NCBI GenBank assembly: GCA_964016885.1
Contig: OZ024747.1
Location: forward strand, 1,984,001-2,048,000
Length of the DNA: 64,000 nucleotides
Direction: 5' to 3'
Source: Eledone cirrhosa
Taxonomy: Eukaryota
The first letter of the stretch is position 1, and each line of letters begins with the position of its first letter. The notes under the pieces are model-generated. The model worked only from the letters and a program-made list of their open reading frames with translations. It ran no database searches and had not been told where the DNA came from. This document shows positions 1-11,683 of this stretch, piece by piece. Position numbers and translations under genes: made by a program.

Positions 1-111
1 TGTAGGAAGTTTACTGTTAAATATATATTTTTCTGAAATATGGCAATGAGTCTGCATAAGGAATGGCAAGTGTCCACGTAGACAACATCCGCCCATATAT
101 ACATATAGTTA

Positions 112-190
112 TACAAGGGTCTGCTGAAAAGTTCATAGGCTGACCAAGATACTTTCATGGAATGACCAAATGAGGTTTATTTTTCAACAT
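112..190. mobile_element. Mariner-like terminal fragment
   Basis: TA-CAAGGGTCTGCTGAAAAGTT resembles a mariner TIR start; no partner TIR found. Confidence 0.35.
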
Positions 191-375
191 GTCTCTAGAA
201 AGAAACAATACAATTATTAATAAGACAAGTTGAAATTAATGCAAGATTGCAAATTCTGGAGTGTTTGAATCATGGTAGATAGGGTGTAAAGTCATGACTT
301 CCATTCCAGAGCTGGGGTATGCATTGTGTCCTTGAACAAGACACTTTATTTCATATTTTAGTTACTCAGTTTCAG

Positions 376-550
376 CTTGTGATTTAAGGAAGCCTTTTCG
401 AGAGTACACCCTTCAAAAAGGCTTGCTGAACATACAAGCCAAAACCGCTTTGTGTTGTGGTTGAGTTCACACCTCTCTGTATACCCACTCTGCATCTTCC
501 CATGCATTGAGTACTCCCATGATTTGTAGTTTCCCTGATCTCAGCACTGC
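376..550 (+). mobile_element. Decayed Penelope-like terminal module related to the 22367 and 60261 elements
   Basis: TACCCACTCTgcatcttcccatgcATTGAGTACT matches TACCCACTCTactaccccaagtATTGAGTACT at 60377; upstream AAGCCTTTT...AAAAGGCTT hairpin. Confidence 0.4.
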
Positions 551-567
551 AGACTCTCTCTCTCTCG

Positions 568-610
<43 letters not shown>

Positions 611-1001
611 ATGATGATGATATATGTATGTGTGTGTATGTGTGACAGGCTTCTAGCTACAAAATACACTCACAGGGCATTGGAGAGCCTAAGATTATAA
701 CAGAAGGTACTCAGCCCAAGTGCCACACAGTGGAGTGCGATAGAAGAGTCTACACTTGTGTATGAAAAATTATTAGCAAGAAGAAAAGATCTTCAAAAAT
801 ATTTAATAACATCTCCAACAGTTTTTATTCTACACCCAGCTTAGATATTTCTTCTATTTCCAATTATTTCAGATATACACACATTTTTATCTAGGAGTTA
901 CTTTCAAAAGAATATTCTCATGATATATGATATTCTCCTGCAGCATACAAACCAAATAAAAATAATATATTTTGTATAAGCTTTAAAATGGTTTATGATT
1001 T

Positions 1002-1200
1002 AGGCACAAGGCCAATAATGTTTTGGGAGGGGAAAGCTGATTAACCCAACCACAGTACATTACTTCTACTTTATTTTATCGATCTCTTATGGATGAAAGT
1101 CTAAGTTAACTTTGGTGGGATTTGAACTCAGAACGTAAAGAGATGTAACTCTATACTGCAAAGCATATTGCCTGATGCTCTACCAATTCTGCAAATAAAC
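1002..1200 (-). mobile_element. Diverged tRNA-derived SINE (family S1)
   Basis: Reverse-complement similarity to the 10340-10517 copy (ggcacaaggcca, tactttattttatcga, gatttgaactcaga). Confidence 0.7.
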
Positions 1201-1689
1201 CACGCTATAATAACAATCTTTCATTAAAGTTTTGTGTCATATGGAAGGCATGTGATGAGGTTGTTCTATATGAAGGGGGGAAATATAACTAACTGATCAA
1301 GTAACAACTGAATCCTTCTGAATTTCACTGGTTAGTCAGGAAGTGAAAATTGGTGACTTGTGACTTTTTTCTTGGCCTCTGAAATTGATGTAAGGAGGCA
1401 GATATCTTCAAATCAAAGAGCTGGCCTGAATACTTGCCACACAGTAAACTCCACTAAAAGCACCCCATAGCCATGGTACTAAAGAAGGGGAGGAATTAAA
1501 TCTGTCACTCAAGTAGGCTAAAGTAGGATTTGATATAAAAAAAACAGAACCAGAAGAAATAATGCAAGACATCTTGTCCAATGTTGTAACAATTTCATCA
1601 ATTCACAGCCCTGGACTGTAAATTTTATTATTCATACTTTATTTAAGATGGTAGGGTGTAATTTGAGGGAAATTTTATTGCCATTTCTA

Positions 1690-2450
1690 GCTGTTCCTTT
1701 TAGCCTAGTAGGAGGAATTTCAGGCACTTTTAAGACTGATACCATTAATGTTCTGCTGGAACTGTTGCAAGTTGATAGCTCCATAAATAACATGTACAGG
1801 AAGGGAATTCCAGGGGGAGTACAATTCTGAGAAGGAAGTACTTAGCATAGTCAGAACAGCACAGAATGAGAGCAGATGTAATATTGATGAGATGTAGAGG
1901 AAACATGAGTGAGATTTAAGAGCCTAGGTAGACTCAATATGAGACCAACCAGCTCCGAGAAGAAGCAGAGGCAATTCTAGTAACTGTTGAAAGTACAGAG
2001 ATGAGGCAGCATGTCTGTGGGCCAGAGGTTTAGAGTATATTTGTGAGTGGCTTTATTCCAATAAGCTGAATAGCCTATCTTCAGATGTGATCAAGGATGT
2101 TTGTGTATAGCAATAACAACATCTCTGATGCTATCAAGTCAGACTCAATGTTTTATGGTATAAAATTTGGTGTCAGAATTTTTTTAGGACTTAGAAGAGG
2201 AAGGATAGCATCCATGATATTTTTCCGAGGCATTTTGAGGAAATTATCTTCAAACTGATGATGTACCCCAAATGCTTGCAACAGAGGGGAACTGCTCTGA
2301 AGGTATCCAATGACTAAGTGGTGGCATAGTTATACAGTAGAATTGAGGTATGATTCATCATCTTCAACTGAATGCCAGAAGGGGGATGTGTTTTATTTTC
2401 TAGCCATTGTAGTAACTGAAGTTAGTATAGGTTCCCTGCCCTACATAGAT
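1690..2450 (-). mobile_element. Highly decayed LINE (CR1/L2/Jockey-like) 3' region
   Basis: Purine-biased non-microsatellite sequence with faint RT C-terminal-like character; no intact ORF. Confidence 0.25.
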
Positions 2451-2695
2451 ATTTGAAGGGACAAATATGTACAGAATATAAGATACAGATTTCATAAAAA
2501 CAAGCAAACAAATCATCACATAAAACCAGGGGTATGATATTATAGATATATATTAGATGATATAGAAATAGAATGTGTAATATCAGATATTGAATATGTA
2601 ATATACTATAATATTGTAGAAGTAGTAACTTATCAGACTTCAATACCACAACTGATATACCAGAGTTGTTTACAGTTGTTCATTTGTCTTTTCAG

Positions 2696-2861
2696 CCTAA
2701 AATAAATATTCAGAGAACCATCACAAGCCCTGATACTGCAGGAGACAAAGAAACAAAGTTTACTTCACCTTATTGCTATAGTGATTTATCAACGATATCC
2801 TATGCCGACAGTGGCCGTGGTTACAGTGAAGGATACACAACACACTATGAAGAATTACCAG
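2696..2861 (+). CDS. Penultimate coding exon of an unidentified gene (PKINIQRT...GYTTHYEELP)
   Basis: Acceptor tttgtcttttcag| and donor G|gtatag; phase 0 in, phase 1 out, matching the next exon. Confidence 0.7.
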
Positions 2862-3062
2862 GTATAGAGAAAATGGAAATTATTTGTGAATACTCCAGTT
2901 TTTTTCCTATAATTTCATTGACAAAGCCATGTCGATAGGATTGAATACATTTCTGGTTATTTTAGTTATTTTATTTCACCCCTTCTCACTTTATATATAT
3001 ATGTTATATACATTCTATTACATGTTCCAGCCAACAGACTGAGGCCATACTGGGGCACTGCC

Positions 3063-3105
<43 letters not shown>

Positions 3106-3112
3106 CACACAG

Positions 3113-3161
<49 letters not shown>

Positions 3162-3433
3162 CATATATATTTATATATGTTCAGGTATCTAATTTAAGAT
3201 GTTAAGAGTTGTCCATTGCTTTAATGGTTTAAAGCCCCTAGCTATTATCTGGGAGATATGGGGTTCAATTTCTCATAGCAGCCGATGGAAACTTCTTTTT
3301 CTGTCTTTAAGGGTTTTCGTACTATTTTATAGGCTATTCTATAGCACCTCCGTCCATGAGAACACCATTCTCTATATAAACTCTTCTTTATGGTATAAGT
3401 TTCACATTTTAATTTTTTTTTGTTATTCTGCAG

Positions 3434-3675
3434 ATCCTTACCCCAGAAGACAAGAGAAGGTGCCAGAAGAAGAAACAGCAGAGACAGAAGCTGCACACCT
3501 AACAGATACCAATGTAGCTACATTGCCACGCTCTAATGTAGTAGATATTAACATTGATGAGAATACAAAATTAAAATCTTTTCCATCTGACAGTTCAACA
3601 TTTCAACAGCTACCATTAAAAAATAGCTTTTCTTCAACAAACAAGCCCCTGCCAGCTATCCCAAATGTGCCATAG
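3434..3675 (+). CDS. Terminal coding exon (DPYPRRQEK...NKPLPAIPNVP*), receptor/adaptor-like cytoplasmic tail
   Basis: Acceptor tttttgttattctgcag|; G+AT rebuilds Asp in frame with the upstream exon; TAG at 3673-3675 followed by AT-rich UTR-like sequence. Confidence 0.7.
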
Positions 3676-4025
3676 TGAAACAAGCTTAAAAAAAAAATAT
3701 ATATATATATATATTTTATTCACAAATTGAAAATAACACTTTTTTATAAAAAAAACAAAAAAAGAAAACAAAAAAATTCTTTTTATCAGTCAGTAAAAAT
3801 GTGTGCGTGTGTTGTTTTTAAATTTTCAATAATAACTAAAAGTTTATTAAGATCATTTACATATTTTTTTTATTCATAAGCATTAAACTTTTTGGGTCAT
3901 TGTTCATAGATCCAAGAATTATTGTGTGTTCTTGAAAAAAAAAAACAAAAAAATTAGAAGAAATTAAAAATTTTCATTATTTCATAACTGAGGGAATGAT
4001 GTGTTGAAAAACCTGAGTGTATTCA

Positions 4026-4590
4026 GTGAATTGGCAGAGCATCGGACCAAATGTGGAATTTATTCCAGATATGTTGTGACTTTAAATCCTTCTGAGATCA
4101 ACTTTGCCTTTCATACATCCAGGGTTAATAAAATAAAGTACCAGTTACATACTGAGGTGAATTTAATTGATATCGTCTCTCAACAAATTGTCAGCCTTGA
4201 ATTGGCAGTATCGGTAGAGGGCCGGACGTCATGCTTTGATGCATAGAGTTACGGCCCTTTCCATTCTGAGTTCAAATCCCGCCGAGGTCAACTTTCCCTT
4301 TCATCCTTATGGGGTCGATAAAATAAAGTACCAGTAATGTACTGGGTAATTGCTGGCCTTGTGCCAAAACTAGAAACAATTATTATTTAATGAATAAGGC
4401 GGTGGATTGACAGAATTGGAAGAGGGTCGGACACCATGCTTTGCAGCAAAGAGTTATGGCCCTTTATGGTCTGAGTTCAAATCCCGCCGAGGTTAACTTT
4501 GCCTTTCATCCTTATGGGGTCGATAAAATAAAGTACCAGTAATGCACTGGGATAATTGCTGGCCTTGTGCCAAAAGTAGAAACAATTATT
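4026..4590 (+). mobile_element. Three head-to-tail S1 SINE copies (about 4026-4200, 4204-4384, 4399-4590)
   Basis: A-box-like TGGCAGTATCGG, B-box GAGTTCAAATCC and shared body GCCTTTCATCCTTAYGGGGTCGATAAAATAAAGTACCAG (reminiscent of the MetaSINE central domain). Confidence 0.85.
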
Positions 4591-6164
4591 TAATGAATAA
4601 TTTTAGATGTGTAAAACCAATGTATTGTTCATAGTTTAGGCAATACGACTCTCTAAAGATCTTTGTGTTTTGATATTAATACAAAAACTCTCTATAAGGC
4701 CCTAACTACAAGTTTTAAAAAATGCCTGGAAGAAATTAATAGATATTATTGTCATGTCAAGAATGTGAAACAATTCCAATGTGACTCAAATTTTTTTGTG
4801 ATAATATCCTGAGTATTGATTACTTATGTAAGCTAGAAACTTTAGAGGAGGGGTTTAGTACTTGACTATTAGTTTACCTTATCAACCCAAGAATGATGGA
4901 AGGAAAAGTTGACTGTAGCTGGATTTAAACTTAGAATTCCAAAAGCTGAAACAAATAGTACAAAATATTTTTCCTGATGCAGTTATGGTGGTTAAGCCAA
5001 TCCCAGAATCATTTGAAAATTTCACTCCCTCCCAGATGAATTGTCCTAGCCAATTACAAAATAACAAAACCATAAAAAAATGTTTGAAAAATAGACATTA
5101 ATAAATGATCTTCTCACATCCAGCATGTCACATGTCAGGAAAAACCTCCACCTCAACAATGATCGGGAACAAAAGATTTATGAAATAATTACAAGAATAT
5201 TTTCAGTTTTTAAAAAAAATTATATATTTAAAGAATAAAAAAAAAATGAAAGAAAAATACAAAGTAGACGCATTTGAAAAAAAATGAATTGATCATGAAA
5301 TTGGAATGAATCTCCATCGGTTTTGTTGATGAGTGTTTCAGCTATTCATTCAACAGAACAGCTTACTTATAGGATTAACGTGCAAGTGGCTGAGCATTCT
5401 ACAGACACGTATATCCTTAATGTAATTTTCAGGGAGATTCAGCATAGAAATTCAACAGTCTGTGACAGGCTTCCAAACAGTTTCAGTCTACCAAATTTCA
5501 CTTTTAAGGTGAGGGTCACACTGTGGTCATGGGAACTGATACTTTACCCAAGATACCACATGGACCCAGGACCTAAGGATTGTGAAGACAACTTTGTTAC
5601 CATAGAACCATGCTGTGCCCACAGATCAAGAGATTATCTTCACATCATAGGTTTACTTCATTAGAGCTAACTTAACAACAACTGCAACAACATCAGTTGT
5701 AGCATCAACAATAACACTATCAAACATATAACAATCATAATAATGTGGAAAGGAAAACAACAACAAAATGATGTTCATATTGGTGCTTGACTTGGAAGTA
5801 GAGCAAATATATATATATATGAATATGGATATATATATACCTACATATATGATTATGTATATATATATATATGGATAAGTATATGAATATGGATATATAT
5901 ATATATGTATATGAATATGGATATATATATATATGTATATGAATATGGATATATATATATGTGGAATGTCCGTATGGTAATAATACAGATGGTGAGATAA
6001 ATGTATAGTATTTGAGAAAAATTATGTAAATATAATGTTGTTAATAAAAATAAACAAAAACTGTATTTCAATATATGTCTGTAACTAGAATTACTTAGAA
6101 TTACTTAGTTTCAGTAGATTGCTGAAATAGTGAATATTTCTTTTGTCTCTCTCATATATATATA

Positions 6165-6340
6165 ATTGTTTCAACTTTTGGCACAAGGCCAGCAATTATC
6201 TCAGTGTATTACTGGTACTTTATTTACCCCGTAAGGATGAAAGGCAGTGTTAACCTCGCCGGGATTTGAAGTCAGACCGTAAAGGGCCGTAACTCTTTGC
6301 TGCAAAGCATGGCACCTGACCCTTTACCGATACTGCCAAT
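6165..6340 (-). mobile_element. S1 SINE
   Basis: Reverse complement of the 4399-4590 type sequence. Confidence 0.85.
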
Positions 6341-6344
6341 CCAT

Positions 6345-6460
6345 CATTTGGAACTAGCTGTTTAAACCTCAAGAACTCAGCTATTGGGGTCTCAACGCTT
6401 TATAATATAACGATACTCTACTACCCCAAGTATTGAGTACTTTGTTGAGTGATGGTTCAA
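6345..6460 (+). mobile_element. Diverged fragment of the 60261 PLE-like family
   Basis: actctactaccccaagtattgagtacttt is identical to sequence in the 60377-60410 segment. Confidence 0.55.
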
Positions 6461-7569
6461 ATTGAATCCATATGATGATGATGATACATGTATATGATGT
6501 GTGTGTGAGGGGTTTCTGTACATTTTCCATTTACCAAATTTCACTTACAATGTCAACACAAGTCTATAGCGGAACATGACTAAAGTGCTATAGAGTATAA
6601 TTAAACCTGAAACCAGAGGGATGTGATGCAAACTTTATAGCATAGCAGCATGGCCGTGTCTGTGTCTACTGTTAATGTAGAATCTAACAGTGTTTACTGA
6701 TGCATATCACTAATTCTGTTGACATTTTTTCATATTTTATATGAATTTGGAATTTGGATATGCAATTAGTTTAGGGAATAACAACAATTATATAATTTAA
6801 TTAATCTAATGAAATATTTCTTTTGTACTCATGTGATCATATCTCAGAGAGCTTTCCATTTAGAGAAGTGGAATTTGGGGGGAAAAACAAAGGATCAATC
6901 AGTATTCTCAGCAAATGTAATATTCTTTTATAGAATTTTAAATTAATATATTGAATCAATATTTACGGATCTCTGAATTAGTAAGGAGCGAATAATTCTG
7001 AAATTTCTACTGATGAGATAATAGGGTGCTGCACGGTTAGTAAAGGGTCAGTGAATTATGTGTTGTGATCATGGCCAAATCATGTTTAAAGCTGACTGAG
7101 TTCATCTAACTATTAATAAGAGATAGTAAGAGTTACTTATGCATGCAGCAGTAGTACGGCAAATTTAATGAACATCTTCATGTACTTGGAGTCCTGAATT
7201 TAAAATAGCATTAAAAAAAAAAAAAATTATGCTATGTGGTCGCTCAATCTGTTAAAAATAGCAGCTAGGTTTACTTCAAATCACACACTGTCTGTAAAAA
7301 AAGATATACATTAAATATATTGTAGTCATAGATATGTCCCAGAAAGACATGATGGTCTTGGTTGGAAAGCGTTTGATTACAGTTAACAACCAGCTTAATT
7401 TGAGTTGACTTGAGTATAAGTTATTTATGGAATCACCTTTTCCCCTGATTGTTGTCTACTTTTGGCTATTAGAATCATGTTGTTTTGGTTTAGCCACAGG
7501 GCAGTCCAGGTCAACAACACTTAGGTTCAAAAGCTTGTCTATCCCCATATATTTATATATATATATATA

Positions 7570-7638
7570 ATGAAGGAAGTGTGGTAAGGAACCAGGTGGA
7601 CCATAACACACAAGAGCTCCACCGTTGAGGTTAACATT

Positions 7639-7642
<4 letters not shown>
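7570..7642 (-). mobile_element. Stub of the 60261/22367 PLE-like family (ORF-start end)
   Basis: gtggtaaggaaccaggtggaccataac is shared; the minus strand reads MVHLVPYH. Confidence 0.6.
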
Positions 7643-7703
<61 letters not shown>

Positions 7704-7706
<3 letters not shown>

Positions 7707-8585
7707 GGTGTGGATGATATTTGTTCGCAATTTTCAACTGCTAATTTTATGCAATTTTTTTTACTTCCGTTGTCACTCTTATCTTCATAAAAACAGTGAC
7801 TATATTTCCATTATTTATTTTCAGAATAATTGATTATGAATAATTTTGAACCTCCAAATTTGTGGAAGAGACACGGAGTTCTTCTTGGAATCCGCGCCGG
7901 GAGGACAAATAAGACCAGAAGATCAACTCCCAGAACAACAGGTGGCTCGCTGTCTCATCCAAAGACGTATCATGCAGACAAAGTTTCCAGCGACAACATT
8001 GGTCTTGGGTGTCGTCAGCAGTCAAGGTGACGTCATGCCACCTCACTTCTTTCCTGAGGCCTCAAGCTGAACACCGATGGCTACATCCGCGTTCTGAGCG
8101 AGATAGTAAAGCCCTGGATCGACCAGGTAGCTGCAGGTAGGCCTTACATGTGGCAGCAAGACGTGTGGCGCCCTGCCATTCCAGCCAAAAGACCCAACCC
8201 TGGCTGTCAGAGAACTTCGTCAACCACACTTCACCTGACATCTGGCCTCCCAGCTCACCTGACTGCAACCCCCTCGACTTCTTTGTGTGGGGCGCAGTGG
8301 AACGAGACACCAACAGATCTAGCTGCAATACAAAAGACGTGCTGAAGGTCAGGATCACAAATGCTTTTAGGGGCCTAAGTTGGGGGACAGTGACGAAGGC
8401 CTGTAGCCGGTTCCGAGGCCACCTTGAGGCCGTCATCAAAGCCAATGGCGGGTTTATCGAGTGAGATCGAAAGAACAAGTCATGAAGACAAACTGACCCA
8501 AGTTTGATAAATAAATCTTAAAAAATAAAACTACTGTGTTAGTTTTTCCTAGACAGTAATCTTGCGAACAAATATCGTCCGCACC

Positions 8586-8588
<3 letters not shown>
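7704..8588 (+). mobile_element. Internally deleted Tc1/mariner transposon, DD37D (maT-type), frameshifted transposase
   Basis: About 27-bp TIRs CAGGGTGTGGATGATATTTGTTCGCAA / TTGCGAACAAATATCGTCCGCACCCTG with TA flanks; WQQD..APCH...WPPSSPDCNPLDFFVWG with 37 residues between the 2nd and 3rd Asp once a 2-nt frameshift is corrected. Confidence 0.9.
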
Positions 8589-8629
<41 letters not shown>

Positions 8630-8802
8630 GATAGTTAAGTGTGTAACTACAGTTACAGGCAGCATGCCTTTTGAAGCATTCAATGCTGTTACAAGGTCTG
8701 TCTTGTGTTGTGTTGTATTTCAGAGTTAACGTGGCTGCAGTGGGCAGATTCTACTTACTTTCTCTCTCTCTCTTATATATCTATCTATATATATACATCT
8801 AG

Positions 8803-9362
8803 TGAAGCATCCAGCCCACACTGTAAAGTGGTTGTGTAGGTGTCATGACAAAAAGTGCCCAGCCCACACTGTTAAGTGGTTGTGTAGGTGTCATGACAAA
8901 CAGTGCCCAGCCCACACTGTAAAGTGGTTGTGTAGGTGTCATGACAAAAAGTGCCCAGCCCACACTGTAAAGTGGTTGTGTAGGTGTCATGACAAAAAGT
9001 GCCCAGCCCACACTGTAAAGTGGTTGAGTAGGTGTCATGACAAAAAGTGCCCAGCCCACACTGTTAAGTGGTTGTGTAGGTGTCATGACAAACAGTGCCC
9101 AGCCCACACTGTTAAGTGGTTGTGTAGGTGTCATGACAAAAAGTGCCCAGCCCACACTGTAAAGTGGTTGTGTAGGTGTCATGACAAAAAGTGCCCAGCC
9201 CACACTGTTAAGTGGTTGTGTAGGTGTCATGACAAAAAGTGCCCAGCCCACACTGTTAAGTGGTTGTGTAGGTGTCATGACAAAAAGTGCCCAGCCCACA
9301 CTGTTAAGTGGTTGTGTAGGTGTCATGACAAAAAGCGCCCAGTCCACACTGTCAAGTGGTTT
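8803..9362 (+). repeat. 48-bp minisatellite, about 11.5 copies, inside an RTE-type 3' tail (tail continues to about 9510)
   Basis: Unit AAAAGTGCCCAGCCCACACTGTWAAGTGGTTGTGTAGGTGTCATGACA; homologous to 25948-25995. Confidence 0.95.
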
Positions 9363-9619
9363 GTATTAGGAAAGCATCCAGCTATAGAAAGCAAGCCAGA
9401 AACAGTTCTGTGTGAGCACGGCACAGTCACCTCACCTGACTTGTCTCACAACAGGACAACTCATCTATCCCAGGCTAGCATGGAACATTAAACAGTGATG
9501 GTAATGATGATATATATATATTTGTATATATAATAAAATGTTGTAGTTTGCTTGAAGCATAGTATATAATATATACAATGCAGAACAATAGGAACATTAT
9601 CCACTGAAAGTTCCTTAAA

Positions 9620-9650
9620 TCCTGATGAAGGGTCCCGAAATATGGGACAG
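9620..9650 (+). ncRNA. Degenerate minimal hammerhead ribozyme motif (PLE-type)
   Basis: CTGATGA-aGGGtCCC-GAAA; no valid NUH site evident. Confidence 0.4.
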
Positions 9651-9903
9651 ATAAAAGAACAGCAACAAAACAAAACAAAGATTACCAGGTAACTTACTTT
9701 TACTTTTTGTTACCTCAGCTTACAGTCCATTTTGAATTGTTTAGTCTTCTATCTCTTTCAACGTTATATATATGTATATATATATGTATTGGAATAACGA
9801 ACCAATGAGCAGGGACTGCAGAATACCACGTTGTTAGAATGTGCTGAATATAACAAGCTGCTGGAGAAACTTGGACAAAATCAGAGACGAGCTTTCATAC
9901 TGA

Positions 9904-9997
9904 GGCATATCTGAGGATCTTTCGATTCCAGAGTCAGGTTCGACCAATAATAGATCGTTCCTCGAACTGATTGACAGTGAAACATATGTAATTTGTT
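9904..9997 (+). ncRNA. Type I hammerhead ribozyme-like motif with extended stem II
   Basis: ggcatat-CTGAGGA-(61 nt)-GAAAC-atat-GTA-atttgtt; palindromic stem III ACATATGT. Confidence 0.55.
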
Positions 9998-10097
9998 ATT
10001 AAATATGTAATGATGCAACACTGATTCTTTGCTCCTTTATTCTTATACTATATATATATATATATATACATATTGGAAACTCTATTTTGTAGAATCG

Positions 10098-10194
10098 AGA
10101 TGTATCTGAGGACCTTGCGATTTCAGAGTCAGGTTCGATCATTACATCAATCGTGCCTCGAGCTGGTCACCAGAGAAACGATTGTAATATGTCT
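10098..10194 (+). ncRNA. Type I hammerhead ribozyme-like motif with extended stem II (second copy)
   Basis: agatgtat-CTGAGGA-(62 nt)-GAAAC-gatt-GTA-atatgtct; 8-bp stem I including two G-U pairs. Confidence 0.6.
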
Positions 10195-10240
10195 AATAAA
10201 TTTTATTCGTTGCAACACGGATATTCTGTTTCTTATGTGA

Positions 10241-10291
<51 letters not shown>

Positions 10292-10339
10292 TAGTACAGT
10301 AGTATAGTAGTATATTAAGCAGTCATTATCATGTGGATT

Positions 10340-10517
10340 GGCAGTATCGGTAGAGGGTCGGACGCCATGCTTTCCAGCATAGTTACGTCCCTTTACGATC
10401 TGAGTTCAAATCCCGCCGAGGTTGACTTTGCCTTTCATCCTTACGGGGTCGATAAAATAAAGTACCAGTAATGCACTGGGTAATTGCTGGCCTTGTGCCT
10501 AAAGTAGAAACAATTAT
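10340..10517 (+). mobile_element. Young S1 SINE
   Basis: Near-identical to the copies at 31386, 46018 and 57266. Confidence 0.9.
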
Positions 10518-10853
10518 CATTTAGATTGTCATGAGACCCTGCTTCCTCAGTTTTATCCCATCCCTTCACTTAACCTATCTTTTACCCTGTGTCAGTCAAC
10601 AACTGCCACACCTCCTAGAATACATAATCATCTCTAGTTCACTGCAACTCCCTTCCTGTTCTTAAATTGTCCATCAATTAGTGACAAAACATGACCAACC
10701 AACACAATAGTAACTAAACCAAATAGTATTTTCTCCTCTACCATCCTGTATTGATTATGTAAGACAATGCTTAGAATAATAAAAAGTATGTACACTGTCA
10801 AAAAAGAATTAAATGAAACACGAGTCAAACCAAATTATCCCAAATTATGTCAA

Positions 10854-10884
<31 letters not shown>

Positions 10885-10885
<1 letters not shown>

Positions 10886-11683
10886 GTGGGTGTTCAGAAA
10901 GTACAATAACTAGGGTAAGAACGGGATGTAAGAAGTTCAGGGAACTACTGCCACTTGCTAGCTGCAAAAGGCTTCTCCCTCAAAATGAAAGGCAGACTGT
11001 ATGATGCGTGTATCCGAACAGCAATGTTACATGGTAGTGAGACCTGGGCGCTGAAGGTGGAAGACTTACGTAGATTAGAAAGAAACGAAGCCTGCATGCT
11101 CCGATGGATGTGTAATAGTAATATACGCGAACGACAAAGCATAAATGAATTGAGAGAGAGACTGAGCATAAGAGGAATCAAATGCTGTGTGCAGGAGAGG
11201 TGGTTGCGTTGGTATGGACATGTGATGCGTATGAAGGATGACAGCTGCATAAAAAGGTGCAGAGCAGTAGAAGTCGATTGAAACTGCGGAGCGGGGAGAC
11301 CCAAGAAGACCTGGGATGAGGTGATAAAAGCCGACCTTACCCAATTACACCTCTCAAAGGCGATGACACATGACCGTGACCTCTGGCGTCACGCAGTAAT
11401 ACAGAGTACCCGACCTCCCATGGGTACAAGCTGAAGCATATAGACAATATTCCCCCACACCCTCCCACTGCAAGGTGGTCGTGGAGGTGCCACGGCAAAA
11501 AAGCATCCAGCCCACACTGTAAATGAGGTTGGTGCTAGGAAGGGCATCCAGCTGTAGAAATCAAGCCAAAATCAGTTCCTGTATGAGCAAGGCATGGTCA
11601 GCCGACCAGACACTGCCCACAACAGGACAACCCGTCTAACCCATGCTAGCGTGGAAGAACGAACGTAAAACGGTGATGATGAT
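10885..11683 (+). mobile_element. 5'-truncated, defective RTE LINE (family A) with 3' UTR and (GAT)n tail
   Basis: KGRLYDACIRTAMLHGSETW...WLRWYGHVMRM; homologous to 14333-15170. Confidence 0.92.

Noticed and set aside
3245-3496. 83-aa minus-strand ORF resembling a secreted Cys-containing peptide
   Set aside because: Starts at GTG, is antisense to the supported exon and intron, and the hydrophobic start is a shadow of the Glu-rich sense frame; not fully excluded
4650-5100. Broken + strand reading frames that look protein-like
   Set aside because: Multiple stops and no recognisable motif; cannot be assigned without a search
8799-9491. Cys/His-rich 229-aa and 182-aa repeat ORFs
   Set aside because: Translations of the 48-bp minisatellite derived from an RTE UTR
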